Source: Trichoplax adhaerens
Taxonomy: Eukaryota > Animalia > Placozoa
DNA length: 64,000 nucleotides
Reading direction: 5' to 3'
NCBI RefSeq assembly: GCF_000150275.1
Contig: NW_002060945.1
Location: forward strand, 1,244,199-1,308,198
The notes under the pieces are model-generated. The model did no database searches. It saw only the letters and a list, made by a program, of their open reading frames with translations, and was not told the DNA's origin. The translations under genes and the position numbers were made by a program. Of this stretch, positions 14,917-28,606 are shown one piece after another. Position 1 is the first letter of the stretch. The number at the start of each line of letters is the position of its first letter.

Positions 14917-15666
14917 TGTAACATTATGATCTTATATAGAAGATGCCTAGTATAGTAATATCCTAATATACGAATACTTATCATATACCGTTTAAGTACT
15001 GTATTGTATTACATTCATAATGTACGACATCATGACTACATATAGACGACATGCTATACATATAAAGACATTATCTCAATCCCATCTAAAACCTATAAAT
15101 ACCCTTGTACGCTAACTCGTTAGTCAGTTCCTACATTCCTGCTATCTCAAATACCTTATCTATAACAACCATATCATTGTTAGCCTGTAACTTGTATCTC
15201 AATAAAATCCTTTATACCTTCTATCATCGTCTACCTTAAAATACTTTACGCTACTTAAAGAAGATATCATTACAGCTGATAGCTTCATCAGAATAAGAAT
15301 ATACCTCTTCATCGCTGTCTTCCTCAGTGGAAGAACGTCGGAATTATCTATCTCACTGCCGTCAGAGCTATCAGTGGAGTTTCTAGTGGCCATTTGTGAT
15401 CTCAAAGTATAATCGATCAGAATCACACTACTTCTCGATACCCAGAACGTAGTCTACGACGATGGAAGAACTTGATCAGTTCAATCCACCAGTAATAGCT
15501 ACTTGCTACTCGCTGTCAACTATGTTCAAGGGTTGAAGATATAGCATTTAACCATCCATCAGCTGCGTTAAATAGCTGCCAGTCCTGTAGTTCACGCACG
15601 CGATATCAAACTTCTGGCGCCTTCGCTTTAGGCTTTAGCGCCAGCGGAAAATCCCCATGTGTTATA
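14917..15666 (+). mobile_element. Possible solo LTR or other insertion of a second family
   Basis: Begins TGTAACA and ends TGTTATA (imperfect inverted ends), TATAAA at ~15094, AATAAA at 15201. No TSD found and no second copy in the window. Confidence 0.3.
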
Positions 15667-15689
15667 CCAGAACAGACTAATAGTGCAGT

Positions 15690-16350
15690 AAAAATCAGTA
15701 ATACAGTAAAATAATCCGATTACTATAGACTGTAGTTATTAACAACCAACAACATGCGCAAAAATCAAGATATAGGCGGATTGGGATAGTGCCAAGTAGC
15801 AACTGCAGCGCTACGTTCCCCATAAGTTTCTCACGGTCATCACAAGCATAAAATAAGCGCAAGATCTTGATCGACAAATTGGCTACAATCAGTAAAAATA
15901 GCACTCTAGCTGCCTTCAATTTTTGGTACTACTATTTGTTGTGCTCATTGTAAGAGTTTTCCCAGCCATTTTCAGTCTACTGTATTTGTTTTGGATGTAT
16001 TACAGAGTGGCCATTAAATATTCATTCTTGAAAATAGCACAAGTATTCAATCAACTATGTCACAGAACGCAAACATGTGGTAAGAGATGGAAAGCAATAG
16101 CAACTTTGACATTGAGGTAAAGTGCTCTAGTTGACTACCGATCGTAATGCTCGAATAGGCTGGCTAAAGCAATGAGACTATAAATAATTGATGAATTTGT
16201 CAACACGAAGCAAGTTGCTACTGAAAGATAAAGCCAATAGAGGATTTCCTAGCCATATACAGTACCTGTAATAAAGTGATACAGAACCGGCTGCACTAGC
16301 AGGAATTGTGCGATCAATCTGCACGAAATGATAGAACAAATTTGGGATAA
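15690..16350 (-). pseudogene. Probable decayed intronless rhodopsin-type GPCR (TM3-TM7 remnants)
   Basis: Ordered fragments across stops and frameshifts: LLVQPVLYH (post-TM3), CIWLGNPLLALSF (TM4), SHCF (ECL2), LYLNVKVAIAFHLLP (TM5), KAARVLFLLIVA (TM6), VYSNRIILLYY (TM7-like). Confidence 0.4.
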
Positions 16351-16404
16351 AAGCCTAGACATATCCGTGCGGACATGCAATAGAGTGTCTATATAACATA
16401 ACAT

Positions 16405-16960
16405 ATATATAGCAGGCTACGGTAGCCGTGCACTAAATCTTCACTAAAAATGATGAAGGAAATCTCTGCTGGGAAAAGAAAAAGTCTATACAGGATTCTG
16501 TAGATATGGAATAGAGTCGATAACATGTTACGATAAATGACAAAGCCCATTCCGATTGGAAGATCAATCCTATGCAGGATTCTGTAGACGCATATACTGT
16601 AATACAGTGTAAGCCAATAGCAGATTGTGATAACTAACAGTCGTTTTATCTAAATCCTCCTAAAAATTCTAGCAGTATACTGTGCTCGTATGCAGCAGGC
16701 TACTGTAGCCGGGCACGAAATCCTTACTAAAAGTGATGAAGGAAACCTCTGTTGGGAAATGAAAAAGTCAGGATTTCGTAGATATGGAATAGAGCCTAGA
16801 TCAGTTTACGATAGCATTATGCCAAATCCTCACTAAATGATGAAGCACATTTCTGTTGGAAAATCAGTCCTATATTGTACAGGATTCTGTAGATACGAGT
16901 GTATAGCAGGTTGTAATAACAGTTATTTTGCGCTAAATCCTCGTTCAAATTCCTGCAAAT
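16405..16960. repeat. ~285-bp tandem duplication with internal sub-repeats
   Basis: agcaggctac.gtagccg.gcac.aaatc...gatgaaggaaa at ~16411 and ~16694; caggatt(c)tgtaga recurs four times. Confidence 0.8.
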
Positions 16961-19900
16961 TACTATAATGAGTAGCTGGATCAACAGTAATATCAGAGGG
17001 AAAAAATTAAATATCGATAAAGTCTATATGCAAATTGTAGCAGTTAATACTGTTGAGTATGGCTATATGTGCAAGGTCTGGACTGTTTTATGAATCAATA
17101 AAATATTCCATCTTCGACTGATATTTTAGAATGAAGGCCTAGAATTATTGATATCGTTTTGCAAAACATTAAAGGTAAACAAAGTTGTTGGAGTTCAAAG
17201 AAATGATGTGTCTGAATATTATCTTGAAAGCAATTCTGGCTAACTTGTGTAGGCTATACTCGTGCATTAAATACATCTACTGTATCTGTTGAAGTAGGCT
17301 CTTCAGCGAGTTAAATCGCCGGCAAAGACCTTACAGTTTGTTCATATAACTAGGTAGGTGGATGCATCAGTGGTAATATTCTTGCAACCATAATTTTTCT
17401 GCCTTGGATAGGAACCTTGCAAACATGTTCATTGGTTATGGTATTTTGCGACTGCCTAGTGATATTATACGCTTTAGCTACGCGTATATGGATTGACAAC
17501 GTGATCGGTAAGACTTGTTGTATAGTTTACTTTTAAAACTACTCTATTTTAATATTCAGTAAGGCATGTGTTGAATGATATGTAGTCGATTATATCGGTT
17601 AAAATCAGTTTCTGTAGTTAATACGAGTGGAAGTATTTTATGGCAATAACGCATTGATGTTAGGAGAAGGTGTCTAAATGAAATTATCTCGAATCATCTA
17701 TCTGCAGGAGAAGATATCATGAATTCGACAGAAATTATTTTGCCCTAAGGTAAGGAAAGTCATTGATGATTGATAAATAAAGTAGGAATATTCTGCCTTG
17801 ATATTATCATCATGTATTGGTAAGCCCAGCCATGAGGCATAGCGAGAATTAATACTAATTTTTTTGGAGCGGTTTAACGCCTCAATTATTTCGATTGCTT
17901 CGGACATAGAATCTGTAAGTCAATGAACATCATTTTCTTAGCTACTTATAAGCTATGCTTATCCTTATTTCTTATTATATACCCTTAGATTTGAGGTGAA
18001 AATTGATATTATGACCTTGTGGCGAATTTTAATTAACTAGGATCAAGTAACTAAAGATTTTTAAAATGAATGGTATAAATATATATTTATTATAACCGAT
18101 CTCAAGATCTATGGTAAAAATTTTGCCATATACAGTAGTTTGGCACAGCAGGATTGTTATAATGATCGAGATATATATGCTTACATGCTCTGTACACCAA
18201 TTAGGTCATATCGTTACAGAAACTATGCTACTTCATCAGTATCAGTACATACTGCACACGTATGTAACCGATTTCGTTATGAAATAGCTAATACCAATTT
18301 TAACTTTTCAGGTCATCCCTAGTATAAGCGAACTCGCAAAGGCAACCAGTGAGTTATAAACTCTGCCGTCTCACCATATGTTATAGCAGAACAAGTTTGA
18401 GTTACTGTTATCTGCATTGCAAATGTTAATATAAAAGGTTAAAATTTAATTTTTCAGTAACATCCAAATTTGCAGTGGACGGGGATGATGTATATAGTAT
18501 CGGTAGAATAATGACCGACTAATTTAAACAGTTATACCGATTCTTGATGCTGTTGAAACTAATAAAAGTTACTACCGAATATAGTTAACGACTCTCAGCC
18601 ACTATTGATAATCGTACTATCTTTAATACTTAACTCAATTTGAGGATATAAGTTTAATGCGTAACTTTTAAGAAACTTTATGATTTTAAGTATTACCGTG
18701 TGGTAAATGATTAATGAATCTCCATTTTATTTGGTCATTTCATATAATCAATTGCATGCTCACATAGTAGGTTGTACCGAACTTATGTTCTAATAATTAT
18801 AACGTAGTCAAAAGATCTGTTGTTAACGTGTAAACGATTTTACTCATGATGTTGGTATTAATTACGTACAGAATTTGCAATGACGGTAATAATTTCGTAA
18901 TATTCCATTTTAAAGTTTCTCTTTAGTCATGTTAAACGATTACTAAGATAAAGTCTCTAGTACGTGTATTATGTAATGATTCAATAAATAATACGATATG
19001 TTTCTGTATTTCTGTATGTTGAACGAGGGGTAGGAGAATGCTGTATTTTTCAATCCATTTAGCAATAATAACTGTTAAACACGCAGGATCAAGAAAAGGG
19101 TTATCATTTTATTTTACCGTCTATGATGATAAATATGAAATTTTTAACGGTGGGAAGGCCGTGAGTATTCTGTACAAGGAAGGTAACTTATATCCGTGTC
19201 TAGATGTGAGCTATAAAAGAAATCATTTAAGTTTATGGTCGGATACTAGACAAATCTTAGCATCAAGATTAGATTAAAAAATATCGCGACAAATATACGT
19301 ACATGAACGTAAACTTATTACGGATTGTCCATCTGGTGAATCAATATATGGTGTAGATGCGGATACGAAGCGGAAAGTGAGATGAACAGCAAGTAAAATC
19401 ATTACGGTAATAGATTTGCAATAAATGTTAAAATATTTCCAGTGGCGTTTATTTTATAGAATGTATTTATTACGATATTGAGCGATAAAATCCCATATTT
19501 ATTGCGTTAAAATACCTTTCACATAACTATCAACCATTAATCCAATTTCTGGATATAGGTATTTCAATTTGTAAAATTTTAAATGAATGACGTACAAAAA
19601 AGTAAAGTACTATGAAATTGTGATTTGTATACATCCAATTTTAAAGCGATGGGATATATGTGTGCAATTATCATAGGTCAGCAACCGATAGTTAGATAGA
19701 AATACGGTGTTACAGTATACTGTATTAAATAAAAATGGTTATTTTGCTCTACAGCCTAAATATTTTGCGAATAAAATAACCTAAAGTACTGGATGATTTT
19801 TCATAAAGTACCGTAGTTGTCTCTGTCCTTGGCGATATTTAAGATACGGATAATTAATTTAATTCAGAGCACACGACCAGTTAGGTTCTGCAAATTACAA

Positions 19901-22900
19901 GGACAGAAAATTATGTGAACACATTATGTAAGGAAGATATTACCATCGATAATTCAATGTGACTGCTAGATTAGATTTTGTTTTGCATCTTATGTTAGAA
20001 TAGATAAGCAGTAATATATCCGAATAAACTTAAGCAAATAGAATTGCAGCTGCAGAGAATGGAATTAGATATCGAATTCCATTACGCAATACGCGAGACA
20101 TTAAATACCTCAATGTAAATAAAACAGCTTAGATATTTTTAAATATTTTAAAGGTCAAAATTATATTGTTAAACTTCAATACCTTGATTTAAAGGACGAA
20201 AAGGCCTTAAATTATTGTCCATGATTTAAATACTGTAGCCACTATTAAAAATTTAGTATTGATCGTGATAGATCATTATTGCATCATTTTAAAAAATGCG
20301 TTATTTAGATTTTTGGGTGTGGCGTAGTTAGGCGTGATCAGCACTTAGAAGCGTATTATGTGAAACAAGTGGAAGAAAATGGTTAATTATTTATTTATCT
20401 TATAATTAAGCTTTGGATCGTGTGATAAAGTGTCTTCTCAAAAATACAACACGAACTACAGTTTCTTGTAAACTTCACTTTATTGCATAAGATCAGGTTC
20501 GTCTCATAACTACCAAGGACCATCTAGCTTCAATAGGACTATCTATTACAGTGAAAGCTCGCGGGTTATATACCCTTTGCTACAGAATGAATTTTACACA
20601 TTGCAATCATATCTTGCCAATTAAGTCGCAAGATAGCAGTTTATCATCGCGCGAACTATTCATTATTTACGCGCCCAATTAAAGCGCCACAATGCAACTC
20701 TCACACTACTAACATAATTATTGCTATCTATTACTATCATGAAATCTTAATATAAACATCTCAATAGTATCAAGACAATACGTATGTAAACCTCTGCTAC
20801 AAATAGATATCTTAAAAATCATACAATCCAACAAACGAGTACTACTACTCTCGTACAGTCTTACAATCATAATCCAAGCTATATTTGGGGCTGCACTACA
20901 GATCGATATATGAGATTACCTTACTTGATGAAATTTTTGTATTTTTAAATTAGAATTTAAGCATCTAAAAGTCAGCCTCTATTTGCTGATATCCGATAAT
21001 TAATTATCCGTAGTCCCACAATCATCTTTAATTTTGTTATGAAATCCAATTATTTACGTGAAAGGAGATTACTTTTCATCATTCAATCAAGTTCATTTAT
21101 TTATGCGTTAGTTAACCCGTGAATCCTGTAAATCATGCTCACCCTGTAAACTATTTATTTAATAGTAATTAATAAAAAATGGCAGCAATCTGTCATGAAT
21201 TGTTCTTATTCCTTTAGTTAATCAATTTATACCGATGTAATGTATGAATATTTCTTAGGAATACTTAACGTAAATATCCATACCAAAAGAAAACTACCTA
21301 GTATTGTACTGATTAATTACTGATATTTTCATTTTAAAACTGATTAATTACAACACCTTACTTACGTAGATATTTGTTCACTATAATTTTCCTTAAGTTA
21401 CTATAACGACGATTAGCAGAGAAGAAATAATTTTTGATAACAACTCTCTTAATAGGTTATTTCAAGCCAGGTTACGTAACTAGCCATAATTATATTCAAT
21501 CTTGAAAAAAATTGAGAGCATAGTTGTTTAGATGACAGTAAATTTGTAAAATTCATTTAGATAGCGTACCATGAAATTTAAAATCAATATTAAAAGCAGG
21601 GTGTTAGCGATAGACGTAACTGAGTGATTTTAATACGTAGCACTGTACGTGATCAACTTACTGTATTAATCTACCTGATAGTATAAATTCTGGAATTGCT
21701 TGTAACAATTTTGTAGCTCAGATGATATCATTATTAATAGCCGTAAAAATAACAGCCAAAATAAAGCTTTATCCCATCAGATTCTCAAATAATGATTTAC
21801 TTGGTGATCAATTATTTAATTTGATGACTTTAGTTCGAATTATTTGAAGTCAGACTATTACGTAGATCATTTCCGAAATAATAACAACATTTAGAAGTTA
21901 AAAATTCTTCTCATGATATTTGAGCTCTTTTATATTGGAGTAAATCAAGGATAATTACGAATCTGAAGCAACTGAGTTGATCATGAATGTCACTAATTAT
22001 GATTAGCATTTGAACTAAAGTAGCATGAGCTAAATTAATTGTACTCCATTTTTAAATATATTAAGAGATGATTTAATCCAATAAAATTGAACTCGTACAG
22101 ATATAGACTAGTATAATAGCTTCTTATGCCAGGATGAGGTAAAATCCTCTAATTTATACCATACACGCAATGCTGTGATTCTACCTTAGTGAAACATCAA
22201 CTCTCATAAAATGAATACTGCAACAGTGCAAATATTCATAGACATGTTAATAGGATTCTATAACTGCATATTTAGGAATGTATGTGTATAGAATTTTGAT
22301 ATTATGCTATTAGTAAATTGTTGATTTAATTTTCTATGCAATGATTATCTGTTCAAACTGATTACAAAGACTATAGAACAAATTGAACTTAAACATATGT
22401 TGATGATTAGTTGTCATGGCTTCTATTATGATCTGATTCTACAGATGTTAAAGATTTTATGTCTTGCGCATTAACAATTGATATTCCTAAATTAATCTTT
22501 TATGCATTGTCTACACTGTTTGTCTCAAAAGGTCAGTAGGAAATAAGTGAATTACTACCATCCATTTTTAACTAATCATATGGTTTAGTTCAAGGCAAGC
22601 CAGTTTACAATTGAGAAGTTTGACCATGGCACTGTTTTTACGTCATTAATCTTAAAAGATTGGAATTTACCCCTACTGATATCGTTCGATCATTTGAAGT
22701 ATTTCCTTCTAGATTAATAAAGAATTAATAGGATTGTCTTGTAAGCATTTATAAGAATAATTAAGGATATTCTTGTATATTCTTCTCAATTTGTAGTTAT
22801 CTCTCTCTTTTGGTCTTCATTTTCAGCTACGCTACTACACTATAATATTGAATGTGAATTTCTCTTTATTCCTACTCTGTTGCTCTTTCATTGTCATCAG

Positions 22901-24789
22901 TGACATTGTCATTCTTATTAAAAATTGATGGCATACAGTTGTTGATGATGAAAAGGTTTAAATAGTAACTTTCCATGAAAATTAGCTCTTAAATTGATCG
23001 ATTTCCATTTATTTATGCTAGCTAATATGATATAAAAATCTTTACTGTATTAAAAATGGATACCGAAACATATTAATCGATACTCTTATTTTATCTATAT
23101 CTTGCTTTTACCCGCTATTATAAGGTTAATCGTAGGAGTGCGATAGGAAGTAAGAGATAAAACATTTCAAAATCTAAATGTTGCAGGCATAGATCAGTAA
23201 AATATCTTTATCGCCTCTCTTTCAATTGATTTATAGGTATTAATCGACAATATTGATTGATATTTTATGATATTGGCCTTTCCGTGTTTACAGATTAGAG
23301 CTTCACTGGAGAAATACTAGCAAGGAAAAAGGTAAGCTAACGTTCATAAACAACGCATCCGCTTCTTTTACACAAGATGTTTTAGTAAGTATATTGCCTA
23401 CTGTAATAATGGAAAGAGAGATCAAAAACTTGCCACTATAATCAGTTTCCAAGCTACGGTATTCTTTAATATGCTCTATACGTATTATTATTTTGATGAT
23501 ATTATACGAAGATAAATGATTATGATCGCGATGATACTGACAGTATTTAGAAAATAGATATCAATCTTTTGACAAAGCACACTAGAATCAGCTTTATGCT
23601 ATAAAAATTTATATTAATAGTAAATCACTAACAAGCTTGGAGCAACAACTATCAAAGACTTTACACGAAATACAGGTACTTTGATAGAACAGCACTTGAT
23701 TTTGGGGCGATTTTAACGGTATCAATAATAACCCAATTGCTGCCATAAAATTGATTCAAGTGTGCTTCTTTGAGGGGAGGAATAGCCTTACTTTCTATGC
23801 TAGTAATTGCTAATTTAGCAATATCCATGGAATGAATAATGATAAAACAGAGCATTTGAGAGTAAAAACAGAATGATAGACCAAGGTATTTCCCTTCTTG
23901 CAATGATCATGGTTTCAGATTATATTCGCCATATACTACGTCTCCGAGTATACAGAAAATATTTGCAATTTTTTATTTCATTTCAGTTACTAATCTTAAC
24001 ATGACGTAGTCAGAAATTAACTACTGATTCCATGAATCAGATTTCACTTTCATGCATAAATATGATTCATTTTATGTTCTTTAACAGTCATCAATTTTAT
24101 GAATTATGAAATCACGGTTACACCTAGGAGATTGTCGAGCGAGGCAGAATATTCATATCAGTGATAAGAGATTCTAGAAGTACAGAATTCATCAACTTGA
24201 GTCAAGTAGCAAGTCAGAATTATGAACGAATTTTACCATCAGTTATAGGGGTTTGCGTTTAGGCTGGAACTAAATATATAAATTAGCTTAACGTTTACAT
24301 TGGATATTTATATTGATACCGGTAGAGAGGGATTCTAGATGCAATAAAGTCATGTACTTACACCTAGTTGAAGGTTTATGTTAGTATTAGGTAGATAAAT
24401 AGATAGATATTAAGAGGACTCTATTAACACTACAATCATTGCTTATAATATAGTAAGTAATCGGAAACATAGGCAAAGTGCTATCTACCTACAAGATTCA
24501 AGCGGCTAGTCTGTTCAGATTTTATCAGAAGCACACATTTATGTTTTTCAGAGTCATATAAATAGTTAGGAGAAGCTAAATAATTTCATAGATTTCTAGC
24601 CAACGGTACTTATGGATACTACTAAATTTCACGACATTGATGCTTCCTAAGATATACTTATATGATTAGAGTTTTAGAAAGGATGACTCTACTATATCGG
24701 TTGTTTCATGTAAATAAAAGTAAGTATTCACTCTATATAGTTTCGTATGCAAAAGGCAATCTGTATAAATTCTTAGCAATTACGTATAT

Positions 24790-25495
24790 TAATACTAAGA
24801 ACCCAAGCGAAGAAAGGATAAGTAGATGATACTGTTGATAGACTAATTCCTCATAATATTACTAGGTGAATGTTTTTCTATTATTTTACCTTTAGTAATA
24901 CTAAGAATTCATGCAATGGAAAGATACATAGATGATATCGTTGATAGTTTAACTGTTTATACTATAAAGAAAAGCATGATCGAATTTGATTCAACTCATG
25001 ATATTATACACTATAAACGATGCTTGTGATTTCTTTAGCAACGGTGTGGATAGCAAAATCAAAATACCAGATAGTAGCCAATGATTTATATATCACTTTG
25101 CTTAAATAAGAAATCGTTATGAGGCGGGCTAATTTTATTTTTTAAAATTCATGCTTATATTAGATAGTGCTGATAGATTAATTGCTTACAATCTTACAGC
25201 AGTAAAAATTTTTTAGTATTTTACACTTAGTAAGACTAAGAATTCATGCGATAAAATGATACACAGAAGATATTGTAGATAGACTATCCGTTTTACACCG
25301 TAATATAATGAAAAAGCTTGATTACGTTTGATTCAACTCATATTATAGATGGACGATGCTTCTGATTTTTTCAGTAACAGTATCGATAGCAAAATAAAGA
25401 TACTACATAGTAGCCAATAATTTATACATCATTTTGTTTTATTTACAAATCGATATGAGATTTGGCTGATTTTTATGACTAAAATTTATGCCGCT
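24790..25495. repeat. ~335-bp tandem duplication
   Basis: tagtaa.actaagaattcatgc...tttgattcaactcat...gatagcaaaat...tagtagccaat at ~24893 and ~25228. Confidence 0.8.
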
Positions 25496-27549
25496 AGATT
25501 GCTGATCATGGTAAATATTATGATTATGCAATCTTACGGTATGTTTACTAATCATAACATTCTTCTCTAGTGGTAATCTTAAATTCAGTTGACCTCTTCT
25601 GTCATGGTTTAGTTAGAGCTGGATGACAATAAGGTGTAAAATAATTGGCTGAGCAATGTAAGTTATAGATGTGTTTACTTTTGCAGCACTTTCAATAGTA
25701 GCAACGTTAAAGCCAATTATCCTCTTTCGTTACGCTCCAATGAATACTAAACATGCAGAGAAAGGATGGCAATTAATATCTTGAAGCGCAAGCTATAACA
25801 GTTAACACAGTTTAAATATACACCTTACGCTATTCCTTACCGATATAATCTTAAAGACAATTATCCTTTGCTAAGATGTTTTGATACAATCTCAATCGTT
25901 AAGAATTGTGAGAAGAATTTAATTGTTCTTGTGGTTTCATTTATAGACAAAAACAAGCGGATTAACTACCCCAGTTACTGCTCCATTTCATTTTTTAATT
26001 ATAATTTTCGTAATTATATTAGTTGGAAATAGATTCTGCGTTTACTTACCTTTAAATCTTATTTTTTGTTTATATCCTGGAAGATTTCATTACCGGGTGT
26101 CTAAATCTAACTTATTTACCCTTTCAGATATTCGTATATCATACCGCTATAGTAAATTTTATTACAGCGATTAATATTTTCGACGTTATCCTTTTTAAAG
26201 CTGTTAATCAGAAGTCCTATGAGATATTTAGCGTTCAAGAGAGGGTAGTAAATTGGTCAGAATTTAAAATATAAATACGTGTCTATCTTGAGAATATATG
26301 CTGGTTAGTGGATATGGTAAAAATTATTGGGAGGCTTGGCGAACTCCGAAGTGATTAAGAACTCAAAAAAAATTATATACCCCTTTACTTCTAATTTCTC
26401 TCAGCTCTTCCCTAATAGCTGATGTACTCAAAATTCGATGTAGAATATTAAAACAAACTCAGCATTGCCATTATTCACGAGTTCGAGTGCTTCTATGATT
26501 GGCTGCAAATAAGCTCAACGCTTCTCTGTCCATAATTTAAATTGATTGCTGGCTTAGTATGAATTTTAAAGACTGATCAAGGCTATTCAAAACATCCTTC
26601 TTCTTGCAGATAAAGTAAAAGTTCTAAAATTTATCAATTATTAGCAATTAGCTCATTGTTAAGCGTGCTTTTTCCGAAATCTTGCAATGATTATGATGGC
26701 TATTTTGTATTCAGAAATGTCTATTGTCCTGCACATTTCTGTACCGATTAACTATCTGCAAAGCTAACTGCATTGCATAAATAAAACTTCTGCCGGATGT
26801 ACTACACTCAATAAGTATTTTCTATCGCTATCCATTCATAACATATGAGTGCAGAGCAATTTATGCCTTACAATATTCTTTGATCAAGTCAATTCTGTGT
26901 GAGCTTGTACTATAGAGAAATACTCGGGTGTAAATCGTTCTCAATTCATGGTCTTTGCTATACTATTTGTTCATACGGGTAGTATGGATAGATTGGCCAT
27001 CAAAGTATAAATTCATCCATTCGCCAAGACCACTGGAGTATGACATTTTTACAAAATGATCTTAGATAGATTTGAAAACGTTTGAAATTGGCATTCTGTT
27101 TTTATTGCGTCAAGTTAAAATTCATTTTAAGTCAACACTATTGTGAATTCTTCATCGAATAACGAATAGGGAAGGTAATTTTACTCTAAATTAAGATTTT
27201 TTGTTATATTTTATCAGAACCACCTTGAGTTTTCCTTTAGTTATGCATGTCCTGAGTGTAGTTTACAATACGGACTCTTCTTTCGTTTTATACTTTATAA
27301 AGCTTTCCATGTTGGCCATTCCTTCCATTATCATTGTAATTAATATCATTTTATTGTGATATTTACCTGTTTACTAAAGTAATTACTGAAACGGGATTAT
27401 GCAGCAGTACCGTATTAATAAATATCTCAGAAGTGGTCATAAGGGTCGATTGACTCATGTTTTCATCAAGACTTTTAAGTATTTTATTAATCCTGACTCT
27501 ACTTTATCGCTCTTAAAAAGAATTTATAGAGATTATTAGTATAGAGTAT

Positions 27550-28035
27550 TGCAAATATTTTTATTTCTGATAATAATTGGTAATGACTATACAATTTTTA
27601 CATTAAATTAATGATTTTGGCCATATTTTACTGCAATTTATAAACCACTATATTATATAGAATCTGATTTTCGTACAAATATTTTTATTTTCAATAACAA
27701 TTGGTAATGATAATTTTACTTGACGGCAATAGTTTTTACCATGTTTTACTTAAACTTATAGCTTACTTATCTTACCGAGCCCGATTTTTCGTATCAATAT
27801 TTTTGTTACCGTTAGCTGATAATGATAATTTTTACCGCTATTAAATTAATCATTTTCGTCACACTTTAAAAGGACTTACATATCACTACTTTATATTGAC
27901 TCCGATTTGCATAAATATATTTTTATTTGAGTTAATAATTGGTAATGATAATTTTTACTCTAAATGAAAGATTTTTAGCACATTTTACGGCTGGACTTAT
28001 AGACCATAACATTATATTGAGTCCAAATTTCCGTA
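27550..28035. repeat. ~120-bp tandem repeat, 4 copies, just upstream of the LGR ATG
   Basis: atatttttattt...ttggtaatgataatttt...(t)ccgattt at ~27553, 27678, 27796 and 27916. Confidence 0.8.
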
Positions 28036-28262
28036 GTTGTTTAATGTACTTAGCGAATTCCGTAACATTTGCCCCATGACAGTTTAGTCATCAAATTGAT
28101 ATACAATAAGTAACTATGTTTGACATTAACAGCACATAGAAAAACAAGCTAGATGTATGATCCACTATCGGAAAGTTTCAAGTCACCTATCATTAAAGCC
28201 TTTTGTTCTAAATTCTATACAATTATCGCTTTCTGATAAATTAGATGAAGCTAGCGTGTAAA

Positions 28263-28606
28263 ATGAAATGGATCTCTTTGGTAGCTTTATGGATTTGGAC
28301 TACGATAACTCCAGGTAGCGTAATCTACCATTATTTATGCAAAACTCTTGAATATTTTTACGTTAAAAATACAAAATCATCTAATATATTGCTATAATAA
28401 TTATAACGCTTAACTCCTACACAAGAATGAACACTGAAATAATCTCATTAGCATGAAAAAATTAGCTTACGTATTCTTTCTTAATTAGGTAATGCGGAAA
28501 ATTGTCCCCAATACTGTTTGTGCTTGCAAGGTCTTATTTCATGTCAAGATGCTCGAACAAGCACGGTTCCAGTCAGCAATGTGACACGTCCAGATGTATT
28601 AGTTCT
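28263..28606 (+). CDS. LGR exons 1-2: signal peptide and LRRNT cysteine cap
   Basis: ATG at 28263, hydrophobic stretch, phase-1 donor G|gtagcg matching acceptor ttag|GT at 28489; CPxxCxC...C motif. Confidence 0.8.

Noticed and set aside
22330-22935. Faint chaperonin (TCP-1)-like motif VKLLNCKLACLE in a stop-ridden minus frame
   Set aside because: Only one short motif resembles the family and the flanks do not align convincingly.
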